Counted from the first letter of the whole stretch, positions 49,727 through 62,000 are shown. The stretch: 63,991 bases of DNA, filler included, from Asterionella formosa (GCA_002256025.1; 18 parts of 18 records of this genome joined end to end with filler, not necessarily neighbours in it), one strand, 5' to 3'. Notes: generated by a model from the letters alone, not told the origin. Program-made: numbers and translations.

Positions 49727-49815
49727 CATAAGACCCACGCTCTGACCACTGAGTTACAAGAGCAGCAATTGAGAAGGCTTGCTTGAGGAGGGGTTCAAAC
49801 CCTCAACCTTGCACT
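49727..49815 (-). tRNA. tRNA-Ile(UAU)-like sequence in circularly permuted order (3' half 49815-49780, 16-nt spacer, 5' half 49763-49727), probably decayed
   Basis: Minus strand: A GTGCA AGGTT GAGGG TTTGAAC CCCTC CTCAAGC A (positions 38-73), spacer, then GCTCTTG TA ACTC AGTGGTCA GAGC G TGGGT CT TAT G (positions 1-37). The halves total exactly 73 nt with a perfect T-stem. Confidence 0.65.
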
Positions 49816-50830
49816 GTCTTTACAGACATGTCTATATTCATTAGGATTTGAATATTCAAATGCTAGCATCATCATATGTAACAGTCAAGTAGTGGTGGTA
49901 CCTGGTCCCGAATATAACTATTATACCTGGGACATCCGGAAAACGTGGTTAAAACCGTGTAAGAGCAATAATTTTGGGGTTAATTATTATTAGCTAATTA
50001 TACAGAACTTGATATATATATATATATTGTTGAGAGCGCATCGTGNNNNNNNNNNNNNNNNNNNNNNNNNNNNNNNNNNNNNNNNNNNNTTAATTAATTA
50101 ANNNNNNNNNNNNNNNNNNNNNNNNNNNNNNNNNNNNNNNNNNNNGACCTACCGGTTCCAGGTAACTGATCATCATTCGTCATAGTAAATGGTAGTGCAC
50201 GCTAACCAGTACCTTAGTACCGATAGTTTGCACATTCAAATATATTTTGCAGCCGCCGGGTCGTGCATGTGACACATATTTATGATACGAGTAGGTATAC
50301 TATCGGTAGAGTAGCAATATAAAACATTCATCGATGAAGAATCTATCTTTACATATTTTATGCATTTGAAATGGAATCTATATACGTACGCGCAAATTTC
50401 CACTCATTTGAATTTTTCACACGTAATCATTGATATTCAAATTAGCACATAAAAGTTCTTAGTTCCAGGGAATTTCGGCAACCCTAAGCAATATTTTAAT
50501 TTTTGCCTAGGGGTTCAAATGCAGGAACCTTAATAGTTTATCACCTACTATAAATAAAAATTGAGATAAGTTGGATCGCTTGCCTTGCCTACTGAAATAG
50601 GCGGGTGTTAGCACCTGCCAAACGTGGCCTATTGCAATCGCGAGAGAATCTTGTGAAGGATTGTTGAAAATTCTCAACAAAGCAACGTGGTTCCATTTGA
50701 CACCCCCTTGATTCATACTTTGAAACAGATGATACATGCATCTTCCATGTCTTCAATGATAATTCATAGCCTTGAAGCTTGCTCGTTTTGTGATTGGCGT
50801 CGAGTTTGTTCTGACGATTTTTCTCTTGAA

Positions 50831-51352
50831 CTAACCATATCGTTTTGCAACTTCATCTGTGGGTATGACTCCGTATTGAGAACATAGATCCTTGTACCAT
50901 TGCGGACTTCCCAATCCACTATAATCGCAACTCATTTCTTCTCCAGCCGAAACATCTCTCAAGGCACAGGACATGCCCGACCTACTTGTATTATTAAGAT
51001 CTGAGTCAAATTTGGCATACCCCACATTCGGATCGGACGAATGATTCATAAATCGGCCCTCATCATTGGGGTTGACACAAAAATGATTGTCGTCAGTCTC
51101 AAGTACAAAGCCTTGTCTCAAAAACTCGTGTGCCTTGCTTGCTGTCATTTCCTTCAATTGCATGGCAAGTTCCTCGCAGGTCAACATTGTAACCAACATG
51201 GGCGTCCAAACAGGAGTTCCTCTCGACACGTGTTCTCTGGCGAAGACGCCATGCCCAATCTCGTCACTTATAAACTTGACATCTACAGGAATGAAGAAAC
51301 CAACAACTCTGGTTTCATCCTTGTTCTTTTTCCTTGGCTCCTCCTCACTCAT
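50831..51352 (-). CDS. Small stand-alone SET-domain protein (putative lysine methyltransferase)
   Basis: GHGVFA, RFMNHSSDPN and ALRDVSAGEEMSCDY SET motifs; intronless 173 aa. Confidence 0.88.
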   Translation of the reverse strand: MSEEEPRKKNKDETRVVGFFIPVDVKFISDEIGHGVFAREHVSRGTPVWTPMLVTMLTCEELAMQLKEMTASKAHEFLRQGFVLETDDNHFCVNPNDEGRFMNHSSDPNVGYAKFDSDLNNTSRSGMSCALRDVSAGEEMSCDYSGLGSPQWYKDLCSQYGVIPTDEVAKRYG

Positions 51353-51493
51353 GGTGATGAATCATGTCACCAATTGAATTCAACAATTTTAGTAAAACGT
51401 CAAGACAATAAGTTCAGTACCGGTACTCCGTACAGTATATATCTTACCGGGAACGTAGTAAACTATGGTCCAGGATTCCTTGATGAAGCTAAA

Positions 51494-52038
51494 TGTCAAG
51501 AATATTAGCCCGAGTCACAAGGATTGTGGACTCGATTGTAATCGAACGAGTCGAATATTGCATTGCCACGTCAATCAGCTGTCTAACAAGATCAGAGATT
51601 GAAGATTTCTAAGGAAATGTTAAGTGGAAACTCGAAGAGAGTCTTAGAATGACTTTGCAGGAAGCAAAGATGCATGGAAAGGAAACATTTAGTTTAGCTT
51701 ATAATTTAATTTGAGTTTTAGATTATCAACCGAGGAAACAGTGTGTTAATTGACAGCAAGGTCAATTAGTCTATCTAGCAGGAAGGCTAGAAGCAGAGAC
51801 AAGAGAGAAAGTAAGTGGTACTAGGTAGTACTACGATCACGTAAGAGTCTACGTGAAGAGAGACCCAACCCGCGGGAAGGAGTACGGACCATTTCAACAC
51901 GCTTTAAATCGGATAGGTTTGAAAGGGTACTCAAGATGGGAATTGACGACGAATCGTCAGGAGTGCGGTTGCCAACATTTGATGGTACCGATGCCAAGTG
52001 GCATGTTTGGAAAGCGAAGTTTGTGGCCTATGCCTGCT
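51494..52038 (+). mobile_element. Ty1/copia 5' LTR (51494-51899) and gag start (ATG 51936)
   Basis: TGTCAAG...TTTCAACA termini, then MGIDDESSGVRLPTFDGTDAKWHVWKAKFVAYAC (copia gag FDG..W..W pattern). Confidence 0.8.
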
Positions 52039-52138
52039 NNNNNNNNNNNNNNNNNNNNNNNNNNNNNNNNNNNNNNNNNNNNTTAATTAATTAANNNNNN
52101 NNNNNNNNNNNNNNNNNNNNNNNNNNNNNNNNNNNNNN

Positions 52139-53397
52139 TTGGAAACCACGAGACAGTATCGCAGATTCTGATTGAACGTGTGTCCCACATCCAGATGCGG
52201 TAGCAGCGATAGGAATCCACAGCAGGGCCGACATACCAACCATCGAGAGCATGCGGAGCCCATGTGGTGCGGTGTTGGGGCTTGGCATGAACAAGGACCC
52301 GACAGCCAGGTGGAGCAAGGGGGACACGGTTGTAATCATAGGTTCCATTGACCTGTGCCCAAGCAGACAGTTTGGGGTTGATGCGTGAGCCACGGAGGAG
52401 ATTAAGAGTAAGTTCAGCTTGAACTAATAGTTGGTCCCACAAGTGGAGAGGAAAGTGTTTGTCGACACTGCATAGACCGGCAATGAAATGGTTTTGAAAG
52501 GTGCGAATTGCACGTTCAGCGGCATTGCGACGATGGACAGCCGGCGGGACCAACTGAAAGTCAATAGCTTCGGCGTCCAAGAACTCTTTGAGGAGTGTAG
52601 AACACTCATTGTCAAGGCGTTGAAGTTTGGGACGTAGGCCAGCTTTGCACAAACGTTGATGTAATGCTTTATATGCTGCAAGGAGGCAGGAAGCGGTTCG
52701 GTTATGAAAGGGCTGAACGAAAATGTAGTTGCTGTCATAATCATATAAAATCATAATGTAGTTGTTTCCAGTGCTGGAGGGGAGTATGAATTTTCCGGTT
52801 TGATCAGTGTAAATTTGGCCTGTGGGTGCAATAATGGACGCAAAACACATATGGGTAGGGGTTGCAAGACACTCAGGGTGGAAATCAGCATCACCCAGCA
52901 CATTGGTAGTAGGAATGGATGCAAGTTCAGGCTCAATGATAGTTGGGGGCACACGTGTGGATCGTACGTTTTGACGTGTTTGATCGAGGTGGCCTTTGAT
53001 GGTTGCGATGGAATGAGGGGGATGTTTGCGTAGTGTAGTTAAGGTTAGACCTGGAAAATTGACAAGATACCCATGGAGTAATGCGCTTTCCAAAGTGGAG
53101 ATAACAGGAGAAAAGAGGGCCGCATGGGCAAAGGCAACAAGGGCTGGTGCATTGGGACTGCCAATGGCGGTAGCAGCATAGTGGGTAGTGGGTAGGGGTA
53201 GGCAATGGTGGATCAATAGTGGCGGTGGTGACATGCCATAATCATTTGGTGGTGGAGCAGTGATGGCCCTGAAGGATGCAATGACCATCAGATAAGACAG
53301 ACATGTGTAGTTTAGTGAAGAGTACCTCGTAGCCAGACTCACATAGTTGTCCAATGCTCAATAAAGAGCAATTGTGTAGACCAGGGACAATGTGTAC
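52139..53397 (-). mobile_element. Ty1/copia (CoDi-like) protease-end/integrase fragment with frameshift, interrupted at 53398 by a family C element
   Basis: VHIVPGLHNCSLLSIGQLCESG, HAALFSP..FPGLT..KGHLDQ, IYTDQTGKF, LDNECS, HRRNAAERAIRTF, GWYVGPA..YRCY. Confidence 0.9.
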
Positions 53398-54031
53398 TGT
53401 TGAAATTGCGTCCCGAAGCACTCTATGCTTTCTTGTATCCTGTAAGGACACGTCAGGGACCAAATAGGCTGTAGATATAACAACGATGTCTCCGTGATCG
53501 ATTGTAATCGTTCCTAAGAGTTTTAATAGAATTATGGGTTTTTTACTGTTGGCGTAGATTGTTTTCGAATTCTCTGGTACCATATTCTTTCTTGATTCAT
53601 TCGATTCAATATGTAGTAGGTAATTTATACCGGGATTTTCTTTCCTAAAATATTTTCTCCAACACACTCCTGCTGGACACGGATGCTTACTTTGAATTCA
53701 TAATTTCCTGACGAAAATGAATAAATTTCATTCCAACCAGTGGTTTCGTCATGTAGTCTGCTAACATTGCATCCGATGGACAGTACTTGATTTGTACTTC
53801 CTTTCTTTCAATAAGATATTTGATGTTGAAATGTCGCATGCGTTTTCCTGAACTTGCTTTTCCATTTGCTTCTAGCTTCATTGCGCTAGTGTTGTCACGG
53901 TAAATGACATTCGTAGTCACCTTGTGTCCTTGTGCTTCAATAAATAATTTCGTCCACAACACCTTTGATATGATGTCATCGACACCAACCAATTCTGCTT
54001 CAGTCGAACTTCTAGTGTTCACTTTCTGTTT
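53398..54031 (-). mobile_element. Ty1/copia family C RNase H end, PPT and 267-bp 3' LTR (53398-53664)
   Basis: SSTEAELV..DNTSA..RMRHFNIKY..ADYMTKP. AGCAGGAGTG precedes TGTTGG, and the LTR ends TTTCAACA. The last 79 nt overlap the start of contig 32196 exactly. Confidence 0.9.
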
Positions 54032-56123
54032 NNNNNNNNNNNNNNNNNNNNNNNNNNNNNNNNNNNNNNNNNNNNTTAATTAATTAANNNNNNNNNNNNN
54101 NNNNNNNNNNNNNNNNNNNNNNNNNNNNNNNTGGGTCATTCAACCAAACAGGCAAGACTTCCAGACAGCACCCAAGCCCTCTGGCAGTAAGGGTGTAGCT
54201 CCAGGAGGTCCTCAGTGCTCTCCTCAACACAAATGCGCAACCCTTGTCTCTTTTTGTAGTACCCACCCTAAACCCACCCGGCCTTGTCACTCTCTCACTT
54301 GGCCACTAAAAATTCGCAATTCTGCAGATTTAGGGTTAATGGTTCACCGGGTCCCTAGTATTCAGCCATTACCACCAATACACTGCAGTGGCATAGAAAA
54401 ATGTATGACTAGTCTAGTAGGTGGCAAGGGCCGCTTTCCTTACCCTGCCTGGCTTCTATTCATACTTTCTACTTACTATACCTGGCTCTCCAAGTAGTTA
54501 TAACTTATAGTATATACTCGGAGTAGAGTTGACCTGACCTGTTCGACACACTCTTGAGCACGATAGATGTACTAGCTAAATATTTAAGACGGTAGAATCA
54601 CGTGCAAAATATGTTGTCTAGTGTGCTTGAATTCCTCTCATACTAGTTTAGTAGTTTAAACTGATGCTATTGGGGTTGCAGTAGCCCTCTACTCTCTACA
54701 GACACCAACAGATGCTTTAACAGCATTTATCAATCACTCTTTGTCCAATTTCATGACATTCACTGGTCGAGGGTCTGTGAAATACCTCGACATGTCCTGG
54801 AGCGCACTGCTTGTTTGTCCACATAGCAATCAGATCCTCATTATTTAAGGCTGCATCAATCCGTGTAGTTAAATCAGGCAAAATTTAAGATTTTTCTGCT
54901 CCAATGATGCTACAGCTGCCACCTTCTTTCTCTCCTTACCCTGGGTTTCAACTTTGCAATCAACCTTCTTGATTCCTTTGCCAAGTCATTTTCTCTACAA
55001 ATCTCACCAACAATAGACATGACTTCATTTATCTCTTTAACTCTTTCCATTTGGCTTTCTGAATTCAATACACTTGAGCAGCTGGCCACATTGCCCTAGT
55101 ATAACATATTGATTCTCCATTTTGCAATGTTCTTCTTTGCTCCAACACCAATTGCATCAGAAATTACAGAAGCAATACCTTGAATCTCATTTCTTTCTGA
55201 CAATGTTGAGAAAGATTTGGGTGAAGGATAAGTTAGGCGCAGCATTTCTATGGTTGCAATTCCCACTAAATTCTTTTTGTTTGGGTTGGCAACCTGGCTG
55301 CAGTCATTTCCTTGCATCATACAATGTTGATCTCAGAACTCTTTGAGTGTGCATCATGATTTTGGCATCATTCCCTCCCATGTTGTTCAATTCTTCCAAC
55401 AGTACTTTCATTTTACCAGGCAAGTTCCAGTTGTTGTATCAACTGCAAAGATTCTTCATCGAAACTAGAGATTGACTCACTAAATTTTCAACATCATTCA
55501 TTTCTTCTGTAATCATGACTGAATGGCTGTGCTTGGCCTTGCTGGTTGCCTTCATCGTTGTCATTCTTGCTTTTGCTGTTACTGTCATTGGTTTCTGGTG
55601 AGACAAAGCAGACTGATCCTTTGGAACTTCCTTTGGAGGTCGTCCATGCAGTAAAGGAATCCCTCTAACAGAACAAGTAAACTAGAAAATGAGCACATTG
55701 CAATAACTCTGGATGTTCATTGCTTATTACTGGCATTGTTACTCACCATCATATGTCACCAGACCCTTTCAGCCTTGCCTAGTCTTGGGCCTCCCAGACA
55801 TGGTTTGTTTGTTGGAATTGAATGTGCAGTGAGCAAAATTAGTTAGTAACGCAAATTAATGAAGATGATAAACATTCATCCACCAGTGCGCAAAAAATCT
55901 GAGTTGTCGATGTACATAAAACTTGTTGCGCTGCTATTGTGCACCTTTTTACGACGGATTCGGATAGCCCGCGCCAGCAGCAATCGAGATCATTTATAAT
56001 TACGAGAAATATGGACTAAAAATNNNNNNNNNNNNNNNNNNNNNNNNNNNNNNNNNNNNNNNNNNNNTTAATTAATTAANNNNNNNNNNNNNNNNNNNNN
56101 NNNNNNNNNNNNNNNNNNNNNNN

Positions 56124-58018
56124 GAGTAGCCTTGCTCATAGTGATTTTAGGAACACTTTTTGCTTTAGCCTTAGCTAGCGCACATCCTTCACATGTATAC
56201 ATCACACCTGTCATTTTGATACCAAGCGATTTCATAGTAGCCCGCAATGCTGCTTCCCCAATATGTCCGTATTTAGCATGAGCTTCATTAATGTCCATAC
56301 TGGTCAATTTCGTTGTGATGACCTCTGCAGATAAGATATCACTCCCACCTGGGTAAATTCCACGAGTTCCTTGGAAATAGTACAAAACATCTGAATGATC
56401 ACGTTTGATATCTAGCGTCTCAGTTTTTCCCGCTTTTGTCAAAGTCATTTTGTTGTGCTTCATACCAATTTCGTATTTACCATCACGTACAAAAGTACCA
56501 ATGCTGATAATATTATTTTTATGAAAGGTAGGTGTATAAAGGACATTCTTAAGCAAGAGTGTTTCATTGGTCACTTTGTTTCGCACGCAGACATCTCCGC
56601 GTTCCTTGCAAATGACTTCTTTACCATCGCCTACAACAACGCGTACATTTACTGCTTTCACATTTTTCAAATACTTATTGCACATAGTAATATGACTGGT
56701 TGCGCCTGTATCAGCTAACCAACGTTCATTTTCCTCGATTGATGCGCAAATTTTACTCTCACTGTTTTTGATGCTTGCATGGTGTGCTTGATTGATCTCT
56801 TCATCCACAATTTCAATCGTCACTCCAATAAATGCATATTCTGTTTCTTCGCATGTAATGTAGACTTTTGTGTCTTCAACATATTCATAGTCAAAAAACG
56901 TCTTGTTGTTTGTAGTCAAGTCAATAATTTCAAAATCATCATCTGTATCAGACTTTTCATCATGGATTTCGATCGTTTCAACAATAACAACAAACATTCC
57001 AGTTTCTTTCTTTTCCTTTGTTTTCTTTTCTTCAGGACAATCCTTAGCAATGTGACCTGCATACTTGTTGCAATTGAAACATTTGACACCTTTGCCTTTC
57101 GTTTCTTTGTTTGCGCCTGCTGTATTGTTCTTGGATCGGCAGTCAGCTGCCTTGTGTCCTTGTTTTCCACAATTCTTTCAAAGTCCCTTGAATTTACCAT
57201 TTGCAAACAAAGCAGTCTCGTTGGTATTTATATCCTTGAACTTCCTTTTGTAGAATGCACGAAGTTTAGATTTCAAATCTGATAAAGTAATAGTACCCAT
57301 TCCTTCAATAACAGTAATGACTTCACTGTACTCTTTTGGTAACTTGTTCATCATGTGCGCAATGACTTCAACCTCTTTCTTTTCCAATGATGAATCAATT
57401 TGACGCATTCTGTTCTTGATGTTATCGAGAGCAATGAACCATTCATCTGGGTCTGCTGTAGTACTCTCCAAAGTACAATCGTTGAATTCACCTGTTAGCT
57501 GAATCAAATCAGTAGCTTGATGAGGAGCATATCGATCTTCCAAATACTGCCAGGCAAGAAAAGCATCTCCATCCATCAAATCATCTGTCTTGGCAGAATT
57601 CACAATCCCAAATGCAATCCCACTGACACTAAGAATCAATAGCTGATATGCCTTGTCATTCAACTCATACTTCTTCTTCTCGTCATCATCAGTAGACACC
57701 AAATAGGCATCATCGTCGATTGGCTTCGTGTCTTTGGCATAAACATGCCTAAAACCTTTAGATTTCGCAAGCTGAAGAGTCTTGATACTTCACTCATGCC
57801 AAGCAGTTTCGCTTCCATCAAACTTGATCAAGCGAACAGTCTCACCTGATTTCTCATCGGCCGTAACCATGTCTCTAGACCTGTAGGTTTGTTTTAAAAC
57901 GTGTTAAATTGTCTAGTTGAAATATCACAGATCTTACTTTTAAGATCTCTAAAGCTGAAAACGTATTTTCACTTTACACTTTGTAATATTGTGAGCTTTC
58001 TGTTAATAGTCTATCTAG
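56124..58018 (-). mobile_element. Degenerate Ty1/copia 5' region: LTR end (57902-58018), gag (ATG 57870), zinc knuckles, protease, pre-integrase
   Basis: MVTADEKSGETVRLIKFDGSETAWHE*, AYQLLILS, AWQYLEDRYAP, KLPKEYS, CGKQGHKAADC, CFNC, WLADTGATSHI, AHAKYGH..CEGCALAK. One stop and frameshifts. Confidence 0.9.
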
Positions 58019-58118
58019 NNNNNNNNNNNNNNNNNNNNNNNNNNNNNNNNNNNNNNNNNNNNTTAATTAATTAANNNNNNNNNNNNNNNNNNNNNNNNNN
58101 NNNNNNNNNNNNNNNNNN

Positions 58119-60009
58119 TGGAAGCCTGTCGACCTCGTCAAATACAAATAATGCCGTCTGCTCTCACTTTTCAACTCAAAATGAAGAAGATGCAACCCAC
58201 AACTCGTGTCGAATCGATACACAGGGTATCAAGTGATGACTCAACCGAAAACAATGTGACTATCCATCATGGGAATAGTTACCAAACCCACGAATCATTT
58301 CGTTTGAAAGAGTGGGGTACAGTGGATTTCGATGATTTATTGAAGCCACCGCTTCTCTCGGATCTATCGAGCGCTCCGAAATTTGGCATCATGTCTATGC
58401 AAGAGTCGGAATCTAGTGGTAAATCTGCTGGTAGTATTACATCAAGCTTCGCGAGTCAGTTGTCCAACGCATTGGGCAAATCGTTTGACCATGGAACTCC
58501 ACAATCTAGTTTTCTTGTTTCGCTTCCGATCCCTCCAGTATCGCGGGCATCTACAGGAATTCAGCTTCAAAAGTCACCATCACTAGAATTCGAATCCTTT
58601 GGAGAGACGGAGTCGATTTTCTCAGAAAATAGCAGAAGTGATAGCTCTTTATCGACACATGAACCTGATGAGTATGGGGCCAAATCTTTGGCAGTCAACG
58701 AACGACCTGTTTCGTCGCCTGCTTTTGATGAAAACATAATTCGACGCTTGATGAGGCAGTATGACAAGAACTACTTTAAGACGGAGACCCAGAGGCTTCG
58801 ACCAACACCGGCCATCAATGGAGCCAATCCGGTCGGCTCGAGCTCATCTGCGAATTTCAGTTTCATTGAGGAAGAAAATCCTCCTCTAAGCTCCAGGTAT
58901 CATCCGAATAATTCTACGGAAAATCGGAACCGAGGTGGAGGCCTCGGAGCTGCACTGACCCAATTCAATACTGAAAGTGAGAGCAGTGGAATTCACCCGG
59001 ACCTATCGTCTTCTGCCATGCAAAGAATTGTAAGTAGCGTCCATTTGAGTCATCTGGGACCAAGATCTCTCGGAAGGATGGACTCAATGAATCGACCGAA
59101 ATCTCCATATTTTATGCCCCCCCAAGGTTTACTGGTGGGGGCTGGATCTGGTGTCCCGCCAGACGACATTCCACGACAATGGCACCTCCAGCGCATGTCG
59201 GAGGCCAATATCAAATTACCATCGGTGCATGCTATGCAACTAGTGCGGCGTGATTCTGAGAAAGCGCCTCGCCACGGGTTACTTGGAGACAAGAGGGAGA
59301 TCCCTATGCAAGTGATGTCGCGATCAATTGTGAAACCCTACCGGGCTCCAAATGTTGTCTCCAAATCTCCAACAGAAGGTCAAAGCCCACCGAGACACGC
59401 CTCCTTAAGTCGCAGCCTCGTGCCAACTAAGAACAAGAAAGACTCTCTCAATCATGCTCGCCACATTGACGCACCAAAAGAGATGCAGTCGACCAGACAG
59501 GGTGCCCGCCGACAGAAAGGCGCTTTTAATCCGTTCCGTCAAAGAGACGAAGAGGAAGAATTGGCAAAGAAGTCGCATAATCGCCGAAGGTGGAGCCATG
59601 TCTTTCCGCTCGGTGAGGTTGAGTTCAAGCGACACTCAGGGCCCAGTTGGAAATCTCTGTGTCAGCCGGCCATATTACCTTTGACTGTTGATTACCTCCC
59701 TCCGCTACGAGATGCGCAAGAGTTTGATGTACATCCCTATCAAGTGACACTGTTTGGCTCAGAGCAGTCACACTACACTACACACAAAGAGCTCTTTCTG
59801 GAAATGGTTCGGCATCGTTTGACCCAAGACTATCAAGTTGTCCCCACCTCTGTAGTCGCCGAGAGTAGTAGACGTGATAAATTCGACTACCTCGGTAGCG
59901 GGCCAAGAAATTATGGCATGATTAACCCCCAAAATATATTTAAGGGGAGTCTGGCCTCGGAGCCAGACAATGTAATTCAGCACACACTTTCGATGGGTCA
60001 CCGAGTCCA
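58119..60009 (+). CDS. DEPDC5: DEPDC5/Iml1 (GATOR1 subunit) internal fragment, haplotype 1; open at both contig ends
   Basis: SHNRRRWSHVFP, WKSLCQPAILPLTVDYLP, EMVRHRLTQDYQVV and LSMGH match conserved DEPDC5/Iml1 central (SHEN-region) motifs. Confidence 0.8.
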
Positions 60010-60109
60010 NNNNNNNNNNNNNNNNNNNNNNNNNNNNNNNNNNNNNNNNNNNNTTAATTAATTAANNNNNNNNNNNNNNNNNNNNNNNNNNNNNNNNNNN
60101 NNNNNNNNN

Positions 60110-62000
60110 TGGAAGCCTGTCGACCTCGTCAAATACAAATAATGCCGTCTGCTCTCACTTTTCAACTCAAAATGAAGAAGATGCAACCCACAACTCGTGT
60201 CGAATCGATACACAGGGTATCAAGTGATGACTCAACAGAAAACAATGTGACTATCCATCATGGGAATAGTTACCAAACCCACGAATCATTTCGTTTGAAA
60301 GAGTGGGGTACTGTTGATTTCGATGATTTATTGAAGCCACCGCTTCTCTCGGATCTATCGAGCGCTCCGAAATTTGGCATCATATCTATGCAAGAGTCGG
60401 AATCTAGTGGTAAATCTGCTGGTAGTATTACATCAAGCTTCGCGAGTCAGTTGTCCAACGCATTGAGCAAATCGTTTGACCATGGAACTCCTCAACCTAG
60501 TTTTCTTGTTTCGCTTCCGATCCCTCCAGTATCGCGGGTATCAACAGGAATTCAGCTTCAAAAGTCACCATCACTAGAATTCGAATCCTTCGGAGAGACT
60601 GAGTCGATTTTCTCAGAAAATAGCAGAAGTGATAGCTCGTTATCGACACATGAACCTGATGAGTATGGGGTTAAACCTTTGGCAGTCAACGAACGACCTG
60701 TTTCTTCGCCTGCTTTTGATGAAAACGAAATTCGACGCTTGATGAGGCAGTATGACAAGAACTACTTTCCGACGGAGACCCAGAGGCTTCGACCAACACC
60801 GGCCATCAATGGAGCCAATCCTGTCGGATCGAGCTCATCTGCGAATTTCAGTTTTATTGAGGAAGAAAATCCTCCTCTAAGCTCCAGGTTTCATCCGAAT
60901 AATTCTACGGAAAATCGGAACCGAGGTGGAGGACTCGGAGCTGCACTGACCCAATTCAATACTGAAAATGAGAGCAGTGGAATTCACCCGGACCTATCGT
61001 CTTCTGCCATGCAAAGAATTGTAAGTAGCGTCCATTTGAGTCATCTGGGACCAAGATCTCTCGGAAGGATGGACTCAATGAATCGACCGAAATCTCCGTA
61101 TTTTATGCCCCCCCAAGGTTTACTAGTGGGGGCTGGATCTGGTGTCCCACCAGACGACATTCCACGACAATGGCACCTCCAGCGCATGTCAGAGGCCAAT
61201 TTCAAATTACCATCGGTGCATGCTAGGCAACTAGTGCGGCGTGATTCCGAGAAAGCGCCTCGCCACGGGTTACTTGGAGACAAGAGGGAGATCCCGATGC
61301 AAATGATGTCGCGATCAATTGTGAAACCATACCGGGCTCCAAATGTTCTCTCCAAATCTCCAACAGAAGGTCAAAGCCCACCGAGACACGCCTCCTTAAG
61401 TCGCAGTCTCGCGCCAACTAAGAACAAGAAAGACTCTCTCAATCATGCTCGCCACATTGACGCACCAAAAGAGATGCAGTCGACCAGACTGGGTGCCCGC
61501 CGACAGAAAGGCGCTTTCAATCCATTCCGTCAAAGGGACGAAGAGGAAGAATTGGCAAAGAAGTCGCATAATCGCCGAAGGTGGAGCCATGTCTTTCCGC
61601 TCGGTGAGGTTGAGTTCAAGCGACACTCAGGACCCAGTTGGAAATCTCTATGTCAGCCGGCCATATTACCTTTGACTGTTGATTACCTCCCTCCGCTACG
61701 AGATGCGCAAGAGTTTGATGTACATCCCTATCAGGTGACACTGTTCGGCTCAGAGCAGTCACACTACACTACACACAAAGAGCTCTTTCTGGAAATGGTT
61801 CGGCATCGTTTGACCCAAGACTATCAAGTTGTCCCCACCTCTGTAGTCGCCGAGAGTAGTAGACGTGATAAAGTCGACTACCTCGGTAGCGGGCCAAGAA
61901 ATTATGGCATGATTAACCCCCAAAATATATTTAAGGGGAGTCTGGCCTCGGAGCCAGACAATGTAATTCAGCACACACTTTCGATGGGTCACCGAGTCCA
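60110..62000 (+). CDS. DEPDC5: DEPDC5/Iml1 internal fragment, haplotype 2
   Basis: Same 1891-bp span and identical endpoints as 58119-60009, with scattered substitutions and no indels. Confidence 0.8.

Noticed and set aside
54132..54460. GC-rich segment as the 5' end of the LINE, with telomere-like TTTAGGG/CCCTAAA
   Set aside because: Only isolated single motifs and a weak short similarity to the LINE tail; no recognisable ORF.
58119..62000. Apparent tandem duplication of DEPDC5
   Set aside because: Same artefact: equal-length bubble arms placed side by side.
8639..62000. Nitrogen-sensing gene cluster combining the NIT kinase and DEPDC5
   Set aside because: DEPDC5 lies on unlinked short contigs, so no physical clustering can be inferred.
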